Part shown: positions 37,967 to 45,842 of the stretch, in pieces
Layout of the letters: each line of letters begins with the position of its first letter
Numbering within the stretch: position 1 is the stretch's first letter
Assembly (NCBI RefSeq): GCF_050725395.1
Contig: NZ_JBOHHL010000008.1
Location: 22,736-86,735 of the forward strand
DNA length: 64,000 bases
Direction: 5' to 3'
DNA from: Aquabacterium sp.
Lineage (GTDB): Bacteria > Pseudomonadota > Gammaproteobacteria > Burkholderiales > Burkholderiaceae_C
Notes under the pieces: model-generated
What the model was told of the DNA's origin: nothing
Databases searched by the model: none
Seen by the model: only the letters and a program-made list of their open reading frames with translations
Made by a program: the position numbers and the translations under genes

Positions 37967-38620
37967 ATGATCGACCGATCCAAGCCCCCGATCTCCTCGA
38001 GAAGACAACCCCAGCAGGCCCGCTCCACGGAGCTCGTTGCCGCCATCCTGGAAGCGGCTCTTCAGGTTTTGGCCCGGGAAGGCGCACAACGCTTCACCAC
38101 CACGCGCGTGGCCGAACGGGCCGGCGTCAGCGTGGGTTCGGTCTACCAGTACTTTCCGAACAAGGCCTCGATTTTGTTCAGATTGCAGAGCGACGAATGG
38201 CGGCAGACCACCGACCTGCTGGGCCACATCCTGAAGGACCGGGCGCAGCCACCGCTGGCACGCCTGCGCGCGCTCGTCCACGCCTTCGTGCAATCGGAAT
38301 GCGAGGAAGCCGATGTGCGCAAGGCCCTGGCCGACGCCGCCCCGCTCTACCGTGACGCCCCCGAGGCGCACGAGGCCAAGGCCTCCGGCCGGCGCACGGT
38401 GGCGGCCTTCATGCGCGAGGCGCTGCCCGGGGTGCCGAGCGCCCGGCGCGCCCTGGCGGCAAAGCTGGTCACCACCACACTGAGCACCGTGGGCAAGGAC
38501 TTCTCCGACACCCCGCGCAGCCCCAAAGAGATCCACGCCTATTCGGAAGCCATGGCCGACATGTTCTGCGCCTACCTGAAGGACCTGGCCGTGCTTGAGG
38601 CCGCAGTTCAAGGCCATTGA
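37967..38620 (+). CDS. TetR/AcrR family transcriptional regulator
   Basis: HTH region RSTELVAAILEAALQVLAREGAQRFTTTRVAERAGVSVGSVYQYFPNK. Start at ATG 37967 (MIDRSK). Divergent from the OMT gene. Confidence 0.85.
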   Translation: MIDRSKPPISSRRQPQQARSTELVAAILEAALQVLAREGAQRFTTTRVAERAGVSVGSVYQYFPNKASILFRLQSDEWRQTTDLLGHILKDRAQPPLARLRALVHAFVQSECEEADVRKALADAAPLYRDAPEAHEAKASGRRTVAAFMREALPGVPSARRALAAKLVTTTLSTVGKDFSDTPRSPKEIHAYSEAMADMFCAYLKDLAVLEAAVQGH

Positions 38621-38692
38621 CACCCAGCCCGGGCCCATGACAGCACCATCTGCGATGATGGCCTGACACCCCTCCTCGACGAACAGCCCCCC

Positions 38693-39568
38693 ATGACCAC
38701 TGTCTCCCGCAAACTGCTGACAGCCATCGCCACCGCAGCAGCCCTGATGACCCAGCTGCCCGCCATCGCCGCCCAACACGGTCCAGCACCCGTTGCCGCC
38801 AAGCTCAATGAAGCCGGCCCCTACAAAGTCAACAGCTACTCGATCCCCAACGCCGAAGCAGAAGCCAAAGGCTACGGCGGCGGCACCGTCTACTACCCCC
38901 AGGCCGCCTCCCACGAAACCTTTGGCATCGTGGCGATGATGCCCGGCTTCCTCGCCTTCCAGGCCGTGTACGCCAAGTTGGTCCAGAAGATCGCCTCGCA
39001 CGGGTTCATCGTGGCCAACCTCGACAGCGTGGGCCGGGCCGACTTCCCCGAAGCGCGCGCGGCTCAGCTGGCGGCGGGCCTGGCGCACGTCGCCGAACTG
39101 GCCCGGGGTGGCCAGGTGCCCTACGCCTCGGTGGCCGATCCTTCGCGCCGCGCCATCATGGGCAACTCGATGGGCGGGGGTGCCGCCCTGTCGGCCATGC
39201 TGGTCGACCCCAGCCTGAAAGCCGCGGTGGCCCTTCAACCCTGGCACACCATCAAGGGCTTCCCAGGGGTCAAGACACCGACCTTGATCGTGGCTTGCCA
39301 GACCGACGGCATCGCGCCCAACAAGGCGCACTCCGACGTCTTCTACGCCAGCCTGCCCGGCAAACTGCCCCGGGCCGAGATCGAGCTCAAGGACACCGGT
39401 CACCTGTGCGCCACCTTCCTGACCAGCGAGGCCAACCTGAACACCATGGGCAAATCGGCCGTGGCCTGGCTCAAGCGCTTCCTGGACGAGGACATGCGCT
39501 ACGACGCGATGGTGAAGGGCGGCATCGACCAGGGCGAGTTCAGCCGCTTCACGGTCGAGGGCTTTTGA
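38693..39568 (+). CDS. Secreted cutinase/PETase-like polyesterase (dienelactone-hydrolase-type alpha/beta hydrolase)
   Basis: Signal peptide ...LMTQLPAIAAQ. GYGGGTVYYP, ASHGFIV, GNSMGGG (Ser159), PSLKAAVALQPW, TPTLIVACQTDGIAP (Cys202, Asp205), TGHLCAT (His237, Cys239), VAWLKRFLDEDMRYD. These are collinear with the Ideonella sakaiensis PETase sequence as I remember it. Confidence 0.85.
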   Translation: MTTVSRKLLTAIATAAALMTQLPAIAAQHGPAPVAAKLNEAGPYKVNSYSIPNAEAEAKGYGGGTVYYPQAASHETFGIVAMMPGFLAFQAVYAKLVQKIASHGFIVANLDSVGRADFPEARAAQLAAGLAHVAELARGGQVPYASVADPSRRAIMGNSMGGGAALSAMLVDPSLKAAVALQPWHTIKGFPGVKTPTLIVACQTDGIAPNKAHSDVFYASLPGKLPRAEIELKDTGHLCATFLTSEANLNTMGKSAVAWLKRFLDEDMRYDAMVKGGIDQGEFSRFTVEGF

Positions 39569-40276
39569 TCACGCGAGGTATCGAGCGAAGTGCCTCAAGG
39601 TGCGCTCCAGCGCCGTGGCCGCCGCCCCTGCGTCATATGCCCCGCGCTGGTCGCCATTGAACCCATGCCCCGCCTCGTACCGGTGCACCTCGACTTCCGG
39701 ATGCGCCTGCTCGAACGCCTCCACGCTGTCCAACGCGATGTGCTTGTCCCGCGTGCCGAAATGGGCCAGCACGGGCACAGCCGGCTGCCGCGCGGGCTCC
39801 AAACCCACCGTCATGCCGCCGCCGTAATAGGTCACGGCGGCCGACAAGCCTTGCACCTGCTCGGCCGCGCGCCAGGCCAGCAGGCCGCCCCAGCAGTAGC
39901 CCACGATGCCAACCTTGCCCGATGACCGTCGCGCGGCATGGTCCACAGCGGCCTGGATGTCGGGCAGCACGCCGGGCATCGGCAAGGCCTCGGCGGCGGC
40001 TTTCAGGCGCCTGGCCCGCGCCATGTCCTCGCCCTCGTAGCCCAGTGCCACGCCGCGCGCCACCCGGTCGAAGGTGGCCGGCGCCACCGCCAGGTAGCCC
40101 GCCGCCGCGAAGCCGTCAGCCACAGCACGGATGTGCGCGTTGACGCCAAAGATCTCGGGCAGCACCACGATCGCTCCTTTTGCCGCTGGTGAACCACCCG
40201 GTGGCTCGGCCACATAGGCCGCGAAATTGAAGCCATCGGCGGCGGTCAGGGTCGTGGTCGAGGACGATGGCGGCAT
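39569..40276 (-). CDS. Dienelactone hydrolase family protein (carboxymethylenebutenolidase-like)
   Basis: AIVVLPEIFGVNAHIRAVADGFAAAGYLAVAP, GKVGIVGYCWGG (Cys nucleophile), HFGTRDKHI, YEAGHGF. Confidence 0.88.
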   Translation of the reverse strand: MPPSSSTTTLTAADGFNFAAYVAEPPGGSPAAKGAIVVLPEIFGVNAHIRAVADGFAAAGYLAVAPATFDRVARGVALGYEGEDMARARRLKAAAEALPMPGVLPDIQAAVDHAARRSSGKVGIVGYCWGGLLAWRAAEQVQGLSAAVTYYGGGMTVGLEPARQPAVPVLAHFGTRDKHIALDSVEAFEQAHPEVEVHRYEAGHGFNGDQRGAYDAGAAATALERTLRHFARYLA

Positions 40277-40288
40277 GGACGACCTCCT

Positions 40289-40483
40289 TCAGGTGCCTGG
40301 GGGCGAGGCGCCATTGTGGCGAGCCTGCCAGGCGCGCAAGGCCTGCCGGTAGTCGTCCATGGCCATGTCGTGGAGATCAAAGATGCAAGGCTCGCAACCA
40401 TTGCCGCAGCAAGCGTCGAGGTCGGGCTGCTCGGGTGGCAAAGGCATGGGGTCGGTGTCGGGGATGGCGGAATCGGTGCTCAT
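40289..40483 (-). CDS. Small Oxidoreductase-like-domain protein (CC...GC..C motif)
   Basis: Start at ATG 40483 (MSTDSAIPD...). PPEQPDLDACCGNGCEPCIFDLH resembles the Oxidored-like (PF09791-type) motif. 64 aa. Confidence 0.55.
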   Translation of the reverse strand: MSTDSAIPDTDPMPLPPEQPDLDACCGNGCEPCIFDLHDMAMDDYRQALRAWQARHNGASPPGT

Positions 40484-40547
40484 GGCGGGTATTTTCGCGC
40501 ACACCCGGACACACGGCCCTGGCCGGGCACGGACAGAATCCCCTCCC

Positions 40548-41513
40548 ATGTCACGAAGCAGCAAACAGCGCCCACCCGCCGCCCAGCCCCAACGCACCGC
40601 CGCCCTGATCTCGCGCTCACTGGCCTACGTGGACGCGCACCTCGACCAGGTGCTCGATGCCCACACCTTGGCCGACCAGGCCGCGATGTCGCGCCACCAC
40701 TTCCACCGCATGTTCCACGCGCAAGTAGGCTGCAGCGTCGCCAGCTACGTCACGTGGCGCCGCCTGCAACGTGCCTGCGCGCTGCTGGTCAGCGGCCCCG
40801 AGCCGGTGCTGGAAATCGCGCTGGCGGCGGGCTACGAATCGGCCCAGGCCTTGGCCAAGGCCATGCGCCGCGAGCTGGACACCACGCCCACCGCCGTGCG
40901 CCGGGGCGACAGTGCACCCTGGACCAGCCTGCTGACGCCCGACCGGCTGCAGCACCTCATTCCCTCCACTCGCCAAGCAGGAGCACCCACCATGCAAGTC
41001 ACCCGCTTCACCACCCTGCCCCCGGGCATCCAGGCCCTGACCGCCACCGCGCGCGGCATGGTCGACAACACCATGACCCGTGCCGCCCAGAGCGCCTTTG
41101 GCGAACTGATGGCCGCCGTCGGCCCCACCGGCCTGATGGCGCAGGCGCGCAGCTTCATCAGCATCGTGCCCGACGAGCACCAGGGCCCCGACGACCCGCA
41201 TTGCCGCTACGTGGCCGGCATCGTGTTCGGCCACGAAATGGCCAGCGGCCAGGGCACCAGCCAGCAACCCGATCTGCCATTGAGCGGCACCCTGGCCTGG
41301 CAGACGCTGGCGCCGGGCCGCTACGCCGTGTTCACACACATCGGGCCGTACACCACGCTTTACCAAGCCTGGGACACCATCTACGCCGACTGGCTGCCGT
41401 CCTCCAACCTCACCCTGCGCGACGTGCCGCCCATGGAGCTGTGCATCAACACCCCGCAGACGGCGCCGCCCGAGAAGCTGCACACCGAGATCTGGCTGCC
41501 GATCAACGACTAG
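40548..41513 (+). CDS. AraC-family regulator with GyrI-like effector-binding domain
   Basis: Start at ATG 40548 (MSRSSKQRP...). HTH MSRHHFHRMFHAQVGCSVASYVTWRRLQRACALL...IALAAGYESAQALAKAMRREL. The C-terminal ~150 aa are GyrI/SbmC-like (...YAVFTHIGPYTTLYQAWDTIYADWLP...). Confidence 0.85.
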   Translation: MSRSSKQRPPAAQPQRTAALISRSLAYVDAHLDQVLDAHTLADQAAMSRHHFHRMFHAQVGCSVASYVTWRRLQRACALLVSGPEPVLEIALAAGYESAQALAKAMRRELDTTPTAVRRGDSAPWTSLLTPDRLQHLIPSTRQAGAPTMQVTRFTTLPPGIQALTATARGMVDNTMTRAAQSAFGELMAAVGPTGLMAQARSFISIVPDEHQGPDDPHCRYVAGIVFGHEMASGQGTSQQPDLPLSGTLAWQTLAPGRYAVFTHIGPYTTLYQAWDTIYADWLPSSNLTLRDVPPMELCINTPQTAPPEKLHTEIWLPIND

Positions 41514-41593
41514 GCCCACCGTCATCACTCCGACACACGCGCGCGACAAGCTGCCGGGCTTCCCCCCTGTCACGCGTTCAATTGGAGTTGTCG

Positions 41594-42289
41594 ATGAAAG
41601 CAGTTCAGAAAAAGGCCATGCTGGCCGCCACCGTCCTGGCCTTGAGTTTGGGCGCTACCGCCACGGCCCAGGCCCAGATCCGCGTCACCGAAGTCGCGCC
41701 CTGGGGCAGCAGCGACAGCAACCCCGCCATCCCCTACGCCACCGACTGGTTCGAGCTGACCAACTTCGGCAACAGCGATGTCAGCATCAGCGGCTGGAAG
41801 ATGGACGACAGCTCCAATGGCAGTGCCAAGGTGTCGCTGGTCGGCATCTCCACCATCAAGGCCGGTGAATCGGTGATCTTCACCGAGACCGCCGCCTCGG
41901 CCAGCTTCCTGAGCACCTGGTTTGGCGCCCATGCCCCCGCCGGCCTGCAGATCGGCACCTACACCGGCAGCGGTGTGGGCCTGAGTCAGTCGGGTGACGC
42001 GGTCAACCTCTACAACGCCAGCAACGTGCTGCAGGCCAATGTGGTGTTCGGTGCTGCTGACGCCACCTCGCCCTACCAGACCTTCGACAACGCCATCGGC
42101 TTGAACAACACCACCATCACGCAGTTGAGCGTGGCCGGTGTCAACGGCGCCTTTGCCGCGGCCAACCATGCCATCGAGATCGGCTCGCCCGGCAGCATCG
42201 CCGCCGTGCCCGAACCCGAAAGCCACGTGCTCGCATTGGCCGCCCTGGGCCTGTTCGGCTTGATCGCGCGCAAGCGCCAACAACGCTGA
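41594..42289 (+). CDS. PEP-CTERM-anchored secreted protein with lamin-tail domain (LTD)
   Basis: Start at ATG 41594 (MKAVQKKAMLAATVLALSLGATATAQA). LTD pattern IRVTEVAPWGS...DWFELTNFGNSDVSISGWKMDD. C-terminal VPEPESHVLALAALGLFGLIARKRQQR. The computed 657-aa ORF upstream is spurious. Confidence 0.8.
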   Translation: MKAVQKKAMLAATVLALSLGATATAQAQIRVTEVAPWGSSDSNPAIPYATDWFELTNFGNSDVSISGWKMDDSSNGSAKVSLVGISTIKAGESVIFTETAASASFLSTWFGAHAPAGLQIGTYTGSGVGLSQSGDAVNLYNASNVLQANVVFGAADATSPYQTFDNAIGLNNTTITQLSVAGVNGAFAAANHAIEIGSPGSIAAVPEPESHVLALAALGLFGLIARKRQQR

Positions 42290-42313
42290 TCGACTGGCGA
42301 AAGAACACACACC

Positions 42314-43297
42314 ATGAAGATCAAGCACCTGATGGTGGCCCTGGCGGCCACCCTGTCCTGCCTGGGCGCGCAAGCGGCCAGCTCCATCAACCTCGGCAAC
42401 TACCAGGTCACGGCCACCTACGGCCTCGGCATCCTGGGCAACACCAGCACCGGCGTTTCGGGCCTGGAAGCCTCGGCCGTCACCTATGCGCGTGATCGCG
42501 GCACCCTGTTCGTCGTCGGCGACGAAGGCACGGGCGTGGTCGAGGTGTCGCTCACCGGCCAGACCCTGGGCACCATGGCCTTCAACTGGGCTGGCACCGG
42601 CAGCTCCAACCACGACACCGAGGGCCTGACCTACCTGGGCAACGGCGTGCTGGTGGTGAGCGAAGAGCGCCTGTACGACGCCTACCGCTTCAGCTACAGC
42701 GCCAATGGCACCGCCAACCTGGCCAGCAGCGGCGTGTCCATCAGCAATGCCACCGTGGGCAACAACGGGCTGGAAGGCCTGAGCTACGACCCGCGCAATG
42801 GCAGCTTCGTGACCGTCAAGCAGGACGCGCCCGAAGACATCCGCAGCGGCACGCTGAGCTTTGGCAACAACCTCGGCGGCGTGGCCAACACCTCGACCTT
42901 GTTCAACCCCACGCTGATGGGCCTGTCGACCTTGTCCGACGTGCAAACGCTGTCGCCCATCGACGCACTGGCCGGCACCGCCGCGGCCGACAACCTGCTG
43001 GTGCTGAGCCTGGGTTCGCGCAAGCTGGTCGAGGTGAACCGCCAGGGCCAGGTTTTGAGCACCTTCGACTTGTCCAACGTGCTGCCTCACAACGGCATCG
43101 AAGGCGTGACCGTGGACGAGAAAGGCACCATCTATTTGGTCGCCGAGCAGATCCAGGACGGCTTCGGCCCGGCCAATCCGCAGTCGCAGCTGATCGTGCT
43201 GTCGGCCATGGCGGCCGTGCCAGAACCCGAGTCTTGCGTCATCGCGTTGATGGGACTGGGGCTGCTGGGTTTCCTTTCGCGTCGCCAGAAGCGTTGA
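42314..43297 (+). CDS. PEP-CTERM-anchored secreted beta-propeller protein (SdiA-regulated/phytase-like family)
   Basis: Signal peptide MKIKHLMVALAATLSCLGAQA. GLEASAVTYARDRGTLFVVGDEGTGVVEVSLTGQ...HDTEGLTYLGNGVLVVSEER...NGIEGVTVDEKGTIYLVAEQ. C-terminal VPEPESCVIALMGLGLLGFLSRRQKR. Confidence 0.78.
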   Translation: MKIKHLMVALAATLSCLGAQAASSINLGNYQVTATYGLGILGNTSTGVSGLEASAVTYARDRGTLFVVGDEGTGVVEVSLTGQTLGTMAFNWAGTGSSNHDTEGLTYLGNGVLVVSEERLYDAYRFSYSANGTANLASSGVSISNATVGNNGLEGLSYDPRNGSFVTVKQDAPEDIRSGTLSFGNNLGGVANTSTLFNPTLMGLSTLSDVQTLSPIDALAGTAAADNLLVLSLGSRKLVEVNRQGQVLSTFDLSNVLPHNGIEGVTVDEKGTIYLVAEQIQDGFGPANPQSQLIVLSAMAAVPEPESCVIALMGLGLLGFLSRRQKR

Positions 43298-43301
43298 ACG
43301 C

Positions 43302-43324
43302 TGACAGCGCCAGTGGCGCTGTCA
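43302..43324. terminator. Bidirectional hairpin between convergent genes
   Basis: TGACAGCGCC-AGT-GGCGCTGTCA (10-bp stem) in the 35-nt gap between the PEP-CTERM gene and glnS. Confidence 0.55.
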
Positions 43325-43332
43325 AACCGGCC

Positions 43333-45141
43333 TCACTTGGCCCAGCTGTCCTTCAAGCCTGTCACGCGGTTGAACACGGGCTTGCCCGGCGCGTGGTCCT
43401 TGCGGTCGGCCACGAAATAGCCGTGCCGCTCGAACTGGAACTTCTGGTCCGGCGTGGCCTGGGCCAATGAAGGCTCCACGAAGGCCGTCACGACTTTTTT
43501 GCTGTCGGGGTTCAGGCTGGCCAGGAAGTCCTTGCCTCCGGCATCGGGCTGGGCATCCAGGAACAAACGGTCGTACAGTCGCACCTCGGCGGCCACGCCT
43601 TCGTGCACGCTCACCCAGGTGATCACGCCCTTGACCTTGACGCTGTCGGCACCCGGCGTGCCGCTCTTGGTGTCCGGCACGACCACGGCCTGCACTTCGG
43701 TCACGCGGCCATCGGCGTCCTTCGTGCAGCCGGTGCACTCGATGACATAACCAGCCTTCAGGCGCGCCTTGTTGCCTGGGAAAAGGCGGCGGTAGCCCTT
43801 GGGTGGCACCTCTTCGAAATCCTCGCGTTCGATCCACACCTCGCGGCCCAGCGTGAACTGGCGCGGCGCGGGCTCGGGCGTGCCTTCGGGCGGGTGTGGC
43901 AAGGCGGGGGCGGTGCAAGGCTCCAGGTGGCCCGCGCCCATCACCTCGTCCCAGTTGGTGAGCACGAGCTTGACGGGGTCGAGCACGGCCATGCCGCGGT
44001 GGGCCTTGTTCTCCAGGTCGTCGCGCAGGGCGATGTCCAGCGTGCTGTAGTCAATCCAGCTGTCGGCCTTGGTCACGCCGATGCGTTCGCAGAACAGCTG
44101 GATGGCTTCGGGCGTGTAGCCACGGCGGCGCAGGCCGACGATGGTGGGCATGCGGGGGTCGTCCCAGCCTTCGACGGTGCCTTCGTCCACCAGTTGCTTG
44201 AGCTTGCGCTTGCTGGTGATGACATAGGTCAGGTTCAAGCGGGCGAATTCGTACTGCTTGGGCGTGGGTTGCTTCAGCAGGCCCAGTTCGGCCAGGCGGT
44301 CGAGCAGCCAGTCGTAGAAGGGGCGCTGGTCTTCGAACTCGAGTGTGCAGATGCTGTGGGTGATCTGCTCCAGCGCGTCTTCGATCGGATGCGCGAAGGT
44401 GTACATCGGGTAGATGCACCACTTGTCGCCCGTGTTGTGGTGGGTGGCGCGGCGGATGCGGTAGATGGCGGGGTCGCGCAGGTTGATGTTGGGCGCGGCC
44501 ATGTCGATCTTGGCGCGCAGCACCATGCTGCCGTCGGCGTGCTGGCCATCGCGCATTTCGCGGAAGCGGGCCAGGTTCTGCTCGGGCGTGCGCGACCGGA
44601 AGGGGCTGTCCTTGCCCGGCGTGGTGAAGTCGCCGCGGTTGGCGCGCATCTCTTCGGGCGTCTGCTCGTCCACATATGCCAGGCCGGCGCCGATCAGGGC
44701 TTCGGCCGCGCGGTACATGAAGTCGAAATAATTGCTGGCGTAGTAGAGGTGGTCCTGCTGGGCGCCATTGAAGTTGGACTGCCAGCCGAAACCCAGCCAC
44801 TTGACCGAGTCCAGGATGCTGTCGACGTATTCCTGCTCTTCCTTCTCAGGGTTGGTGTCGTCGAAGCGCATGTGGCAGACACCGCCGTAGTCGCGTGCCA
44901 GGCCGAAGTTCAGGCAGATGCTCTTGGCGTGGCCGACGTGCAGGTAGCCGTTGGGTTCGGGCGGGAAGCGGGTGCGGACCTTGGCCGGGTCGGGCTGGCC
45001 GGTCTGCTGGTGTTGGGCATCGCCCGGTGAGCCGGCCCACAGGCGGCTGGCGTAGGTGCCCTGCTCCAGGTCGCGGTCGATGATGCCGCGCAGGAAGTTG
45101 CTGGGTTTGTGGGGAGTCGAGTCGTCAAGGGGAGCATTCAT
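43333..45141 (-). CDS. glnS: Glutamine--tRNA ligase
   Basis: RFPPEPNGYLHVGHAKS (HIGH), LTYVITSKRKL (KMSKS-equivalent), full class I catalytic and anticodon-binding domains. Confidence 0.95.
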   Translation of the reverse strand: MNAPLDDSTPHKPSNFLRGIIDRDLEQGTYASRLWAGSPGDAQHQQTGQPDPAKVRTRFPPEPNGYLHVGHAKSICLNFGLARDYGGVCHMRFDDTNPEKEEQEYVDSILDSVKWLGFGWQSNFNGAQQDHLYYASNYFDFMYRAAEALIGAGLAYVDEQTPEEMRANRGDFTTPGKDSPFRSRTPEQNLARFREMRDGQHADGSMVLRAKIDMAAPNINLRDPAIYRIRRATHHNTGDKWCIYPMYTFAHPIEDALEQITHSICTLEFEDQRPFYDWLLDRLAELGLLKQPTPKQYEFARLNLTYVITSKRKLKQLVDEGTVEGWDDPRMPTIVGLRRRGYTPEAIQLFCERIGVTKADSWIDYSTLDIALRDDLENKAHRGMAVLDPVKLVLTNWDEVMGAGHLEPCTAPALPHPPEGTPEPAPRQFTLGREVWIEREDFEEVPPKGYRRLFPGNKARLKAGYVIECTGCTKDADGRVTEVQAVVVPDTKSGTPGADSVKVKGVITWVSVHEGVAAEVRLYDRLFLDAQPDAGGKDFLASLNPDSKKVVTAFVEPSLAQATPDQKFQFERHGYFVADRKDHAPGKPVFNRVTGLKDSWAK

Positions 45142-45150
45142 CCCCTGATT

Positions 45151-45636
45151 CTATCGACTCGGGTTGGCCAGCAACTGCAGCATGGCCAGCAGCCGCTCAG
45201 GGCCTTCCGCCCCAAGTGCCCTGGCCGCCAGTTGGTCCTGGTCGACCACGGCCTGGGTGATCGAGACCAGGTCGGTCTGCCCCTTGGCCGTCAGGGCCAG
45301 GCCAAAGGCCCGGCGGTCTTCGGGCACATCCTGGCGTTCCACATAACCCAGGTCTTCCAGGGCGTCCACCAGCATGACGGCGCCAGAGCGCGCGATGCCC
45401 AGCACCTTGGCCAGGTGGGTCAGCTTGAGGCCCGGGTTGAGCGAAATGATGACCAGCGCGGAAAACCGCGGCGGCGTGATGTTCCAAGGCGCCAGGGACT
45501 GGATGAACAGGTCGTTCAGGGCCAACTGGGCGCGGCGAACGCCATAGCCCACGAGCGTGTCGAGGATGCCGTAGTTGATGCCGGGCACATGGGGGTTGAA
45601 AAGCGTGTCGCTAGAGACTTCGTTCTGATTGTTCAT
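45151..45636 (-). CDS. MarR family transcriptional regulator
   Basis: Winged-helix core LKLTHLAKVLGIARSGAVMLVDALEDLGYVERQDVPEDRRAFGLALTAKG. Its stop lies 9 nt upstream of the glnS ATG. Confidence 0.88.
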   Translation of the reverse strand: MNNQNEVSSDTLFNPHVPGINYGILDTLVGYGVRRAQLALNDLFIQSLAPWNITPPRFSALVIISLNPGLKLTHLAKVLGIARSGAVMLVDALEDLGYVERQDVPEDRRAFGLALTAKGQTDLVSITQAVVDQDQLAARALGAEGPERLLAMLQLLANPSR

Positions 45637-45842
45637 GCTGCTCGTGCGGAACCTGGTGACGTGTCGGGCGGATTCTAGTCGGCGGTGTCACATCGCCAAT
45701 TTCAAACGGAACCCATGCAAACACTTAGAGAGAAATAAATCGTGTTTCAAACAAATACCCCTCATGTGAGGGGGGTCCTGACCCCACACGAGGGTTCGCC
45801 CTCGAAGGCTTCCGCCGGCCGCTTCCCAGAATAGGCCGCACC

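Noticed and set aside
40316-42289. 657-aa computed ORF spanning the AraC gene region and the LTD protein.
   Set aside because: Only the last 231 codons (from ATG 41594, with a clear signal peptide) look real. The upstream part is Pro/Arg/His-rich and overlaps the well-supported AraC/GyrI gene in another frame.
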